From NCBI GenBank assembly GCA_016184225.1, contig JACPDA010000004.1, forward strand, positions 134,800-198,799: 64,000 bases of DNA, given 5' to 3'. Shown in pieces: positions 18,086 through 27,241 of this stretch (its first letter is position 1; every line of letters starts with the position of its first letter). The position numbers and the translations under genes are program-made. The notes under the pieces were generated by a model, which saw nothing but the letters and a program-made list of their open reading frames with translations, had not been told where the DNA came from and did no database searches. The DNA comes from Candidatus Daviesbacteria bacterium (GTDB lineage Bacteria; Patescibacteriota; Microgenomatia; Daviesbacterales; UBA10151).

Positions 18086-19345
18086 TTAGGTCCCCTCAGT
18101 CCAGGAGGCTAAGTATTTTTTCTGTTCTTCGGTTAAGGTGTCAATGGAAATACCCAAAGATTTAAGTTTTAGCTCGGCAATCATGTCATCTAACTCTTTT
18201 GGCACAGTATAAACATCTGTTTTTAGTTTGCCGCGGTTTTTAACCAAAAATTCAGCTGCTAGCGCCTGGTTGGCAAAGGACATATCCATCACATCAGGCG
18301 GATGGCCTTCAGCTGAGGCCAAATTAATTAACCTGCCTTCCCCTAGCACAAAGATTTTTTTACCGTCCTCGATAGTCACTTCTTCCAAATTATCCCGCAG
18401 CAGCCTTCTGTTTTTGGCAATTTTAAGCAGGCCCTCATAATCAAACTCAACGTTGAAATGTCCGGTATTGGCTACAATGGCGCCGTCTTTCATTTTTTTA
18501 AAATGTTCTACCGAGAGGACGGTCTTATTGCCGGTGGCAGTGCAGATAATGTCTGCAATTTTGATTGCCTCACCGATTGGCATCACATCATATCCATCCA
18601 TAGTGGCTTCCAAAGCTTTTAAGGGATCAACCTCGGTGATTATTACCAAAGATCCCATGCCTCTGGCCCGAGCTGCCAATCCTCTGCCGCACCAGCCATA
18701 ACCTACCACCACAAACTTTTTGCCGGCCAAAAGCACATTAGTGGCCCTGATGATGCCGTCAATGGTGGACTGTCCTGTGCCATAGCGGTTGTCAAACATA
18801 TGTTTGGTGTTGCTGTCATTGACTGCCATGACAGGAATCTTGAGTGTTCCGTCTTTTAGCATAGCCCGCAGTCTAATGACGCCGGTGGTGGTTTCCTCAG
18901 AGGAGCCGATCACGTCTTTGAGTTGGGATTTTCGCTCAGTATGGAGCAAAGTTACCAGATCTGCTCCGTCATCCATGGTGATTTGGGGGTTAAAATCTAA
19001 GACTTCGTTTAGGTGTTTATAATAAGTATCTTTGTCCTCGCCTTTAATGGCAAAAGTGGGAATGCCATAGTCTTCTACCAAAGAGGCAGCCACTTCATCT
19101 TGAGTAGACAAGGGATTTGAGGCACAAAGGGCTAAATTTGCTCCGCCTTCTTTTAGGGCGATCATTAAGTTGGCAGTTTCAGATGTGACATGCAAACAAG
19201 CTCCCAGAGTTACTCCTGCCAGGGGTTTTTCTATGGTAAAACGCCTTTTGATCAGCTCCAGAACTTTCATTTGGGAACCGGCCCACTCGATACGCAGTTT
19301 TCCTTTGGCAGCCAGTTTTAAATCTTTAACATCATGTTTGGTCAT
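18086..19345 (-). CDS. ahcY: Adenosylhomocysteinase
   Basis: 419 aa. SAHH N-terminus and NAD-binding region ([17 protein letters not shown]); high similarity along full length. Confidence 0.9.
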   Translation of the reverse strand: MTKHDVKDLKLAAKGKLRIEWAGSQMKVLELIKRRFTIEKPLAGVTLGACLHVTSETANLMIALKEGGANLALCASNPLSTQDEVAASLVEDYGIPTFAIKGEDKDTYYKHLNEVLDFNPQITMDDGADLVTLLHTERKSQLKDVIGSSEETTTGVIRLRAMLKDGTLKIPVMAVNDSNTKHMFDNRYGTGQSTIDGIIRATNVLLAGKKFVVVGYGWCGRGLAARARGMGSLVIITEVDPLKALEATMDGYDVMPIGEAIKIADIICTATGNKTVLSVEHFKKMKDGAIVANTGHFNVEFDYEGLLKIAKNRRLLRDNLEEVTIEDGKKIFVLGEGRLINLASAEGHPPDVMDMSFANQALAAEFLVKNRGKLKTDVYTVPKELDDMIAELKLKSLGISIDTLTEEQKKYLASWTEGT

Positions 19346-19353
19346 AGTAGTTT

Positions 19354-19430
19354 GTCATTGCGAGCGATTAGCGTGGCAATCTTAATTAATCAAGATTCCC
19401 ACGGGTCGAAGTATCGACCCTCGGAATGAC
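19354..19430. mobile_element. GTCATTGCGAG...GGAATGAC hairpin element filling the ahcY-pfkB intergenic gap
   Basis: GTCATTGCGAGCGATTAGCGTGGCAATC + GATTCCCACGGGTCGAAGTATCGACCCTCGGAATGAC. Lies between the pfkB stop (19433) and the ahcY start (19345). Confidence 0.7.
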
Positions 19431-19432
19431 AT

Positions 19433-20419
19433 TTAGGGTAGTTTTAATTCTCCCCCAAAATTTTCCTGGTATCTTTTCCGAAACTCTTCAATTGTGAAAG
19501 TGTGATTAGTTGTACCATATTTTTCAATGGCGTAACAAGCAGCAATAGACCCCATTTGGGCGCAAACTTTCAAGTCTAAATCTTTGGTAAAGCCGGTTAA
19601 AAAGCCGGCCCGATATGCATCTCCGGCGCCGGTGGGATCCACCACTTGATTGAGTTTTCCAGCTTTAATTGACCACCTTCCAGGCAAAGACACCTCGGGG
19701 GTGGGCTTTGACTCCCCCGAGGTGGATATAGTTTTTCCTGTTTGGATGGTTGAGCCTTTTTCACCTAGGGTAGTAATCAGGATTTTAACCTGGTTTAACA
19801 GTTGTTCGTCATCCAGCATCAGTTTTTCTTTCAAAAGAGCAATTTCATAATCATTACCGATTAAAATTTCAGCCCCAGTTAGCATTTCCCGGAGGTCCCC
19901 CGGAGATAAGGCCGGCAGCTGCATGCCGGGGTCCAGCATATAAGGGATTTTTAAGCTTTGGCATTGCTGAGTGAGTTTCACCATAGCCTGGGGGTTGTTG
20001 GGAGAAATTACCACAAAATCAGTGGTGATGCCTTTTAGGGATAACTGAGAAGCATAGTCCATGGCTCCGGGATAAAAGGCGCTAATTTGATTATCAACTT
20101 TGTCAGTCATGATAAAAGCCGAAGAAGTTAAATTGTTTTGGGCGGTTTGAATTTTGGAAATATCCACTCCGGCTTTGACCAGAAACTGGGCATACTCAGT
20201 AAAATCCACCCCGGCCATGCCAACTATACCCACAGGAGTTTTTAGCAAACTTAAATTATAGGCAATATTGCCGGCTGTGCCGCCTTTTTGTTTGGTTAAA
20301 GTGTTAACTAAAAAGGATAAATTGATCTGGTGGATTTTATCCGGCATGATGTGGTCGGAAAATTTGCCCGGATAATCCATGATATGATCAAAAGCGAGTG
20401 AGCCGGTAACTGTGATCAT
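19433..20419 (-). CDS. PfkB-family carbohydrate/nucleoside kinase (possibly adenosine kinase)
   Basis: C-terminal PfkB signature DPTGAGDAYRAGFLTG. Adjacent to ahcY, so an adenosine kinase role is plausible. Confidence 0.7.
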   Translation of the reverse strand: MITVTGSLAFDHIMDYPGKFSDHIMPDKIHQINLSFLVNTLTKQKGGTAGNIAYNLSLLKTPVGIVGMAGVDFTEYAQFLVKAGVDISKIQTAQNNLTSSAFIMTDKVDNQISAFYPGAMDYASQLSLKGITTDFVVISPNNPQAMVKLTQQCQSLKIPYMLDPGMQLPALSPGDLREMLTGAEILIGNDYEIALLKEKLMLDDEQLLNQVKILITTLGEKGSTIQTGKTISTSGESKPTPEVSLPGRWSIKAGKLNQVVDPTGAGDAYRAGFLTGFTKDLDLKVCAQMGSIAACYAIEKYGTTNHTFTIEEFRKRYQENFGGELKLP

Positions 20420-20775
20420 TTTGTTTCTCCGCTAATGAAGGTTATTTTACCAAAAAGAGAACGTTCGGAACTTCTGGTAAAAAGGGCTGTTAATTTCTTG
20501 TCAATATCATCTTCGCTTAAATTTGTGGAAACACCCACGATCCCTGTGGTATTGCTAAACTCTACAAAATCCACAAAATCTTTGACATTAAATGTTACTA
20601 CGAGCATATGATTTTTAGAAGCAAATTGGAAAACTTCCCAATCAGACCACCCTTTTTGTTCAGGGTTTTGCAGAATGTGTTTAACAGTGAATTTTTTATT
20701 TAACCTGGGAAGATATGAACGCACGAAGAAATTCTCGTCAAGGAGAATTTTGTGTTTGAAAAATTTCGCCCTCAT
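20416..20775 (-). CDS. DUF5615-like (PIN-like) putative toxin
   Basis: 119 aa. Overlaps the upstream DUF433 gene; DUF433/DUF5615 two-gene arrangement. Confidence 0.5.
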   Translation of the reverse strand: MRAKFFKHKILLDENFFVRSYLPRLNKKFTVKHILQNPEQKGWSDWEVFQFASKNHMLVVTFNVKDFVDFVEFSNTTGIVGVSTNLSEDDIDKKLTALFTRSSERSLFGKITFISGETK

Positions 20776-20986
20776 CCTTACTAGTATCTATCTTAGTGGC
20801 TAACTCCGCAATAGCCCCTTTGAATACTTTTTTGGGAACCCATGGGTAGTGATCGTGAATCTCATCGATAGTATACCCTTCGGAGACCATATACAGAATT
20901 CTTTCCATAGGCACACGGGTACCGGTTATAACCAGCGCCCCGCGCATGATGGTTGGATTAGATGAAATGTAGGAATATTTTTTCAT
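20738..20986 (-). CDS. DUF433 domain protein (putative antitoxin)
   Basis: DUF433 motif IMRGALVITGTRVPMERILYMVSEGYTIDEI. Confidence 0.6.
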   Translation of the reverse strand: MKKYSYISSNPTIMRGALVITGTRVPMERILYMVSEGYTIDEIHDHYPWVPKKVFKGAIAELATKIDTSKDEGEIFQTQNSP

Positions 20987-21220
20987 ACCCTAATTATACA
21001 CCAGTTATAAAGTTTTCCACAAGGTAGGCTAGGTTGCGAATAACCTTAAGTCGCAGACTATTTCAGCTTTTTAGCCTCAGAAATAGTATAAAATCCGCAG
21101 GCCTGCCCTGAGTGAAATCGAAGGGTATCAATACAAATCCTCCTGGGAGTCATTTAGACTCCCGTCCTTCGGACCCCCAAGGGTGGAAATTCCAACAAGT
21201 ATTTATGGTATCATCTGTGC

Positions 21221-21760
21221 ATGAGAGAGACAGAGGGAGATATTTTAAGGCAAGCGGAGTTAGTTTCAGAGGTAGCACAGGAACGGCGAGAAACTGGTTT
21301 TTTAGTCGATGTATCCATTGAGACTGCGGGTTCGCTCGTTCGCCGTTTAAGAACAAAACCACCAGAAGGTTTAGAGTGCAAGTTTTTAGATAAAAGATGC
21401 TGCAAAGGGCTCTATAAGAAAGTGAGAAAAGCGCTTAAGGGTTCACAAGATTCTAAAGATATCTCTTTTGTTCTAAACTACCAAGAGGCTGATTTTTTAA
21501 ATGCTAACTTGTTGGCAGAAATAGAATTTTACAGAAAAAGTGTACCCCGTACAATGCAAGCATTCCAGAATAATCTTCAGGAAATATATGGAGTGAGTGA
21601 AGAGGGGCAAGGGGAAAATGAAAGCGTTATAGGAGTAGTGAGTGAAGCAAATCTCCGGCTCCTTGTGGCAGCAGTGAATGATTTTAGAACACTGAATTTG
21701 GCTTTTATGAAAGCCGGAGGAATCACTCGCCCTGAGTTTTTACAATTTCAAGAGTTCTAG
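21221..21760 (+). CDS. Hypothetical protein
   Basis: 179 aa ORF with no recognisable motif; start uncertain. Confidence 0.3.
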   Translation: MRETEGDILRQAELVSEVAQERRETGFLVDVSIETAGSLVRRLRTKPPEGLECKFLDKRCCKGLYKKVRKALKGSQDSKDISFVLNYQEADFLNANLLAEIEFYRKSVPRTMQAFQNNLQEIYGVSEEGQGENESVIGVVSEANLRLLVAAVNDFRTLNLAFMKAGGITRPEFLQFQEF

Positions 21761-23538
21761 TTTTCTTTTGTACCCACCAAAAATACAGCCTGCCAGGGTT
21801 TGTAGAAGGATTTCCAGGTTTCATCAATTAAGGTCTGTCCATTCCTGGTGACTATCCTTTTAAAGCTGACATTGGCTCCCCAGGCGGCCCAGTCCACCTG
21901 TTTAACTGTGCCTTTAGGCAGTGTCGGATCATCTTGACGAAGTTCCGGAGGAGGTGGAGTTTGATTGGTCACGACCGGCTGGGTTAAGCTCACGACCCGG
22001 CCATCTGGCGTGCCATAAAGGTCAATATATAAAGTGGTGCCATAAGTATAGGCTTGGATTAAGATATGGGCACTGGTATCGTTTTTAAACTGGAAATCCA
22101 CACTGGGGTAAAAAACCGTCGCATCCAGGCCCGGCGGAAAACCCTGTTCATAGTAACCGACTCTATAGGCATGGGCAGTTCTTTTAACCACCGGCAGCCC
22201 GGCATTTAACACTGCTCTAAAAAGCGTGGTGGAATCCTGACAAACACCGCCCCCGTCATCTAAAACAGTTCTTCCTTCTTTAATAACATAGGCTTGTTTA
22301 AAACCTGTTTGAGCTGTGATATCACCCACTGTTTGATTAAAAGAAAAAATTTCGCCAGGAGGAACTAATACTCCGTTGATTTTTGAGGCGGTCAGGCCGA
22401 TATTATAGATCCTATTTTCGATTGACCCGGCAAAATTGGAAATCCCCCGGCCCAGCAGCTCCTTAATACCTAAACTATTTACATCGGAGGTGGCAATTTT
22501 AGGCTTGACAGTAGCAACCGGCAGGATAATAGTTTTTGGGGAATCGGAAGTTAAAGTTTCAGAGAGCAGCTTAAAGGTTTTGTCTATATCCAGCTTCCTT
22601 CCTTCTTGTGAGGGTTTAAAAGCAGTTACTCTTTTGGTGGCCGGATTAAACTCAAACAAGCCCTCCTGGACATTTTGGTCAATTTCAGCAGCAATCTTTT
22701 TGAGGTATACAGAGGTTTGATCTTTATCCAACAGCAGGCTATCCCCTTTAGTTAGATCCAGCAGAGTTAAAAGCTGTTTGGTATCCAAAACCCAGGTATT
22801 TGTGCCAAAGGTTAACTTAATTGGTTCCTGCATGGTTCCTTCCAGGGCTTGTTTGGCCCGGACTACCTGGTTAGTGGTAATAACAGGAGGGATAGTTTTA
22901 AGAGGCAGCTCTGAGTTGTATTGACCGGTTAATAAAAAATCCGAAATGACTTTTTCAACAGCATTTTTATCCAAAGCCAGGCCATCTATTCCTTCTTTGA
23001 TCTGGATATGGGCAGACGGGGTGCCTTCCGGGCTGGGTGTCTCATCAAAAATCAGCTGGGCGTTTTGCGGCGGCTTATCAATTAGGCTAGCTATATTATC
23101 AAGTTGTTTGTCTAAGGACAAGTTAATTTTGGGAGAGATTTTTGAAAGAAGGAAAATAGTTTGTATTTGCCTGCCAAGGCGGCTAATGAGTGATCCCTGA
23201 CGGTTTTCTTTAAAGGCCGATGTTAGCGCGGAATAATCTAGCGCAGCCGAAGAGGTGGCAATATCAATAGTGAATGAATCCTGATCAGTGGAAAAGGAGA
23301 GTTTCTGCTCTGCTCTTTTCTGGAATCTGGACTCAACCTTCCTGATTGCCTGTCCCTGTGTCAAAAAAGAGATATTAGTATCCCCCACAAAAGTTAAGGG
23401 TGAGTATTTATCCGCTATAACTATCTGATAGGTAATTACAGTCAAGATCACAAGCAATATAGATAAACCTATTGGCAGTAAGTTCTGCTTAACCAGACGA
23501 ATTAGATTGGGAGGGGATTTTTTCTTTTGCTTAGCCAT
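21757..23538 (-). CDS. VanW family protein with C-terminal G5-like domain
   Basis: N-terminal TM. VanW core GGGVCQDSTTLFRAVLNAGLPVVKRTAHAY. Apparent leaderless start: a TACAAT -10 lies about 7 nt upstream of the ATG. Confidence 0.75.
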   Translation of the reverse strand: MAKQKKKSPPNLIRLVKQNLLPIGLSILLVILTVITYQIVIADKYSPLTFVGDTNISFLTQGQAIRKVESRFQKRAEQKLSFSTDQDSFTIDIATSSAALDYSALTSAFKENRQGSLISRLGRQIQTIFLLSKISPKINLSLDKQLDNIASLIDKPPQNAQLIFDETPSPEGTPSAHIQIKEGIDGLALDKNAVEKVISDFLLTGQYNSELPLKTIPPVITTNQVVRAKQALEGTMQEPIKLTFGTNTWVLDTKQLLTLLDLTKGDSLLLDKDQTSVYLKKIAAEIDQNVQEGLFEFNPATKRVTAFKPSQEGRKLDIDKTFKLLSETLTSDSPKTIILPVATVKPKIATSDVNSLGIKELLGRGISNFAGSIENRIYNIGLTASKINGVLVPPGEIFSFNQTVGDITAQTGFKQAYVIKEGRTVLDDGGGVCQDSTTLFRAVLNAGLPVVKRTAHAYRVGYYEQGFPPGLDATVFYPSVDFQFKNDTSAHILIQAYTYGTTLYIDLYGTPDGRVVSLTQPVVTNQTPPPPELRQDDPTLPKGTVKQVDWAAWGANVSFKRIVTRNGQTLIDETWKSFYKPWQAVFLVGTKEN

Positions 23539-23554
23539 GCCGGTATTGTACCGC

Positions 23555-23575
23555 TTTAGGGTATAATTGACAAAG
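23555..23575. promoter_or_regulatory. Shared 20-mer TTAGGGTATAATTGACAAAG in a divergent promoter region (second copy at 33356-33375)
   Basis: Identical 20-mer at two bidirectional intergenic regions. On the minus strand it supplies a TTGTCA -35-like box, a 17-nt spacer and TACAAT just upstream of the vanW ATG. Both downstream plus-strand genes start ATTAATGAAAAAG. Confidence 0.5.
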
Positions 23576-23589
23576 GAGCTATCAGCCTT

Positions 23590-23653
23590 CAGTCATCAGT
23601 CGTCAGACAATTTGTTTTCTAGTCTGATAGCTGACAGCTGAAGACTGACGACT
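23590..23653. repeat. Palindromic GTCGTCAGAC/GTCTGACGAC-type repeat in the 5' leader of the SBP gene
   Basis: CAGTCATCAGTCGTCAGAC ... GTCTGATAGCTGACAGCTGAAGACTGACGACT. The same unit recurs in-frame in sbcD at 44930-44956. Confidence 0.7.
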
Positions 23654-23657
23654 ATTA

Positions 23658-24944
23658 ATGAAAAAGATCATTATTATTGTTTTGAGTTTAAGTGTTGTTT
23701 TAGGATTCCTCTTTTGGAAATTCGGGCCGAGCATCTCCCTTTTTAATAAACCAAAACCAGAAGGGCCGACAACCTTAACTTATTGGGGCCTTTGGGAAGA
23801 CGGTAATTTGATCAAGCCGGTAATTGCCGAGTACCAAAAGCAACATCCGAATATTTCCATTACTTATGAGCGTAAATCATCAGTCAATTATAGAACTAGG
23901 GCTCAGGCTCAAATTAGGGAAGGAGTGGGGCCGGATATTTTCCGGATTCACAATTCCTGGTTACCGATGTTCCAATCTGATTTAGCCAGCGCTCCTCAAG
24001 AGGTATTTAGCACTGATGAGTACAAGAGAATGTTTTATCCGGTAGCCTCGGAGAGTTTCATTAAAGGCGATCAAATTTATGGTGCCCCTATGGAAATAGA
24101 TGGTCTGGCTCTTTTTTACAACGAGGAGATGTTGGCTGCGATCGGTGGCAAGCCGCCTAAAAACTGGCAGGAATTTATAGATTATGCGACTAAAATGACG
24201 GTTCGGGATGCCACCGGCATTAAAACTGCCGGGGCAGCTCTGGGAACCGCCGGCAATGTTGATCATTGGTCGGATATTTTAGGGCTACTGCTGTTGCAAC
24301 AACCTGGAGTGGATTTTAACAATGTGGCAACGCCGCAGGTAGCAGAAGTGATCAGATTTTATACCGGTTTTGTGACTGATCCAAAGAAAAAAACCTGGGA
24401 TGTTAATCTACCTAAATCTACTGATATGTTCGCCGCCGGAAGATTAGGCTTCTACTTTGCTCCTTCTTGGAAGGCGCATGAGTTGCGGGTAGCCAACCCC
24501 GGCTTAAAATTTAAAGTAGCGCCAGCGCCGCAGCTATCCGGTAAGACTGCAGGTTGGGCGACATTTTGGGGCGAGGTAGTCTCTAGCAAATCCCAAAATC
24601 CAACAGAAGCCTGGAAATTTGTTAAATACTTAGTATCTGCCGAGGCTGAAAAATTGGCTTACCAGGAAGCTGCAAAGATCAGGTTGTTTGGAGAGCCGTA
24701 TTCCCTGGTCAGCTTACAAGGTGAGTTGGCAGGGGATCCGGTGGTGGGAGCTTTTGTCAGCCAGGGACCGATTTATAAAAGCTGGTATTTATCATCCAAT
24801 ACTTTTGACGGAGGCATCAACGATGAAATGATTAAATATTGGGAAGATGGGATTAATGCTACCTTAGCCGGGACAGATCCAATGGCAGCTTTGCAAACTG
24901 TTAATCAGGGGGTCAAGCAGGTGTTGGATAAATATAAGCAATAA
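23658..24944 (+). CDS. ABC transporter substrate-binding protein (family 1, sugar-type)
   Basis: 428 aa. N-terminal signal/TM; SBP_bac_1-like pattern along its length. No permease or ATPase gene adjacent in the window. Confidence 0.65.
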   Translation: MKKIIIIVLSLSVVLGFLFWKFGPSISLFNKPKPEGPTTLTYWGLWEDGNLIKPVIAEYQKQHPNISITYERKSSVNYRTRAQAQIREGVGPDIFRIHNSWLPMFQSDLASAPQEVFSTDEYKRMFYPVASESFIKGDQIYGAPMEIDGLALFYNEEMLAAIGGKPPKNWQEFIDYATKMTVRDATGIKTAGAALGTAGNVDHWSDILGLLLLQQPGVDFNNVATPQVAEVIRFYTGFVTDPKKKTWDVNLPKSTDMFAAGRLGFYFAPSWKAHELRVANPGLKFKVAPAPQLSGKTAGWATFWGEVVSSKSQNPTEAWKFVKYLVSAEAEKLAYQEAAKIRLFGEPYSLVSLQGELAGDPVVGAFVSQGPIYKSWYLSSNTFDGGINDEMIKYWEDGINATLAGTDPMAALQTVNQGVKQVLDKYKQ

Positions 24945-24947
24945 AAT

Positions 24948-25271
24948 ATGCTTAAAATTGTTACTTTTGTGCCGGTAAAAGATGCAGAAAAAGTAAGGCA
25001 GGCCATGGGAGATGCCGGGGCAGGGGTGCTGGGAAATTATACCCATGCCAGCTTTTCCACCCGGGGGGTTGGCAGGTTTATTCCCAGAATAGGAGCAAAA
25101 CCAGCCATTGGAGAGATAGGAAGATTGGAAGAAGTAGAGGAAGAAAGAATAGAGATGATTTGTCAAAAAGAGAAGGTAAAAGAAGTGGTTGCAGTCATTA
25201 AAAGAGTCCATCCCTATGAAGAAATACCGATAGAGATTTATCAGTTGGTGGATGAGAATGAACTTATATGA
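24948..25271 (+). CDS. Small PII-fold-like protein (CutA / Nif3-insert-like), hypothetical
   Basis: 107 aa. C-terminal HPYEEIPIE resembles the HPYE(V/E)P motif of CutA and the Nif3 insert domain. Weak call. Confidence 0.35.
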   Translation: MLKIVTFVPVKDAEKVRQAMGDAGAGVLGNYTHASFSTRGVGRFIPRIGAKPAIGEIGRLEEVEEERIEMICQKEKVKEVVAVIKRVHPYEEIPIEIYQLVDENELI

Positions 25272-25669
25272 TTAAGACTAAAATTGAATCTAGGGAGGCG
25301 GCAAAGAAATTGGGAGCTTATTCTCACGGATACAGCGTAGAAGTTGGTGGCGCCAAAATTATATTTACCACCGGCCAGATTGCTTTGGATAAAGAAGGAA
25401 ATGTAGTCGCGCCCGATAACATAGAGAAACAAACTGAATTTGTGTTTGAATCTTTACAGAATATTTTAAAAGAAGCAGGGGCCAGCCTTGATGATGTGGT
25501 AAAAGCCACCATTTATGTTACAGATATAAACGATTTCCCTAAAATTTCTCCTATTAGAAATAAATACTTTCAAAATTCCGAACCAGTATCTACTTTAGTA
25601 GAAGTCAGCAAATTAGTAAAAGAGGGATGTAAGGTGGAAATAGAAGTGATTGCTGTTAAAGAAAAATAG
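25268..25669 (+). CDS. ridA: RidA/YjgF family enamine/imine deaminase
   Basis: 133 aa. YjgF-family signature across the sequence (AYSHGY..., PARS...VEV). Confidence 0.8.
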   Translation: MIKTKIESREAAKKLGAYSHGYSVEVGGAKIIFTTGQIALDKEGNVVAPDNIEKQTEFVFESLQNILKEAGASLDDVVKATIYVTDINDFPKISPIRNKYFQNSEPVSTLVEVSKLVKEGCKVEIEVIAVKEK

Positions 25670-25709
25670 TTAGTTACACTTAGTCGCTATAGCGATTTAT
25701 TGTAACCGG

Positions 25710-26189
25710 ATGTTGATGAAAAATATAAAAATTAGGAAAGCTGTTTTGAGTGATTTAAAGATTATTCAAGATTTAAGCCAGGAATTATTTGAACACGGTG
25801 CCCAGTGGGATAGATATTTTAATATGAGTTGGTCTCATGGCCAAGATGGAGAGAAATTTTTCAGAAAAGTTCTTACTGCTAAGAATCGTATCTGCTTTAT
25901 AGCCGATATAGATGGTATGGTAGTAGGGTATTTGGCTGCTTCGGTGCTGCCAATTCATTCATGGAGACCAGTTAAACGTACGGAAATTACTAACTTATTT
26001 GTTAAAGAGAAATTTAGAGGTATGAAAATTGGCACAAAATTGTTAGAGAGTTTTTTAAAATGGAGTAAAGAAAAAGGTGTTAAGCGAGCAGTGGTTGTAG
26101 CTAATGCGAATAATGCTAAAGCTATAATTTTTTATAAGAAAAACAGATTTTTACCTGAATTTGTTACTCTAGAAGGCGATATATTTTAG
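25710..26189 (+). CDS. GNAT family N-acetyltransferase
   Basis: 159 aa. Acetyl-CoA binding motif region RGMKIGTKLLESFLKWSKEKG. Confidence 0.7.
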   Translation: MLMKNIKIRKAVLSDLKIIQDLSQELFEHGAQWDRYFNMSWSHGQDGEKFFRKVLTAKNRICFIADIDGMVVGYLAASVLPIHSWRPVKRTEITNLFVKEKFRGMKIGTKLLESFLKWSKEKGVKRAVVVANANNAKAIIFYKKNRFLPEFVTLEGDIF

Positions 26190-27211
26190 ATTAGTGGCGG
26201 TAAATTTATGAGTTGGACTTCGGGTTCTAAGGTAATGCCGAATTTTTCTTTCACTTTTTCAGCATAAATCTTGGCCAAATTATGAAACGCTTTGGCTGTT
26301 CCAGTGCCTTGATTTATAAACAGATTGGCATGGTAAGAAGCTATTTCTATACCATCTGATTTTTGGCCTTTGGCCCCGACTTCTTCCAGTAGTGCTCCGG
26401 CAGGAAGTTTTCCAAAAACTATTTTTTCCTGAGGGATATTTTTTAAAATTTCCGGAGAAACCTCCGAAGCCACTAAATTCTTGAAGAAACTGCCCGGGCA
26501 TTTAGTGCCGGGGGGGTATTTTATTAATCTTTTTGATAAAACATCCTGAGCTTCTTCTGCAAGGATTTTTGGGTCCCCCGGTTCCAATTGAAAAATGACT
26601 TCTAAAATAGTGTCTTTGGTTTTTTTAAAAATACTGTCCCGGTAGCTAAATTGACAAGCTTCTTTGGCCATTGTCATTCTGGGGAGCGGAGCGACACCAG
26701 AATCAGATTCTGGACAAGTCCCGATGGAATCGAGGACACTCGACAGAGTCGGTGCCAGAATGACAACTTCTGTTATATGGTCGGAGATTGTCTGGCCATA
26801 TGCCCCGGCATTGCCATAAATTGCCCCTCCAACAGTACCTGGAATACCGGTCAGCTTTTGTAAACCGGAGAGCCCATGATTAATGGCGTAATCAACCAGG
26901 TCTTGTAGTGGAGTGCCGCTTTTAATACTCACCATTACACCCCCGAGGTGTAACCGCATTTCTTCACCTCGGGGGTGAGTTGCTGAAATTCCGGTTATCT
27001 CATTCTTAATCACTAAACACTCTACCCCTTCATCAGCCACCAATAAATTACTGCCGCCGCCTATTATCAGATATGGCAGTGCCTGATCTTTAGCGTATTG
27101 GATAGCTTCTGTTAGCTCTTTTTGTGTGTTAACCTCTACAAATTTTTTAGCCGGGCCACCGATAGATAAAGTGGTTATGTTTTTTAATGGATAGTTTTCT
27201 TGAAATTGCAT
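26186..27211 (-). CDS. murB: UDP-N-acetylenolpyruvoylglucosamine reductase
   Basis: FAD-binding N-terminus (GGPAK..., IIGGGSNLL). Carries two in-frame palindromic insertions. Confidence 0.85.
   Translation of the reverse strand: MQFQENYPLKNITTLSIGGPAKKFVEVNTQKELTEAIQYAKDQALPYLIIGGGSNLLVADEGVECLVIKNEITGISATHPRGEEMRLHLGGVMVSIKSGTPLQDLVDYAINHGLSGLQKLTGIPGTVGGAIYGNAGAYGQTISDHITEVVILAPTLSSVLDSIGTCPESDSGVAPLPRMTMAKEACQFSYRDSIFKKTKDTILEVIFQLEPGDPKILAEEAQDVLSKRLIKYPPGTKCPGSFFKNLVASEVSPEILKNIPQEKIVFGKLPAGALLEEVGAKGQKSDGIEIASYHANLFINQGTGTAKAFHNLAKIYAEKVKEKFGITLEPEVQLINLPPLI
26673..26764. mobile_element. GTCATTCTGG...CCAGAATGAC MITE-like element in-frame in murB
   Basis: GTCATTCTGG..CCAGAATC + GATTCTGGACAAG...CCAGAATGAC. 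The right hairpin (GATTCTGGACAAG) is identical to the right end of the GIY-YIG element at 32025-32046. Inserted peptide LAPTLSSVLDSIGTCPESDSGVAPLPRMT. Confidence 0.8.
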
Positions 27212-27241
27212 GTGGTTAATTATACATGGTAAATTAGCGAC

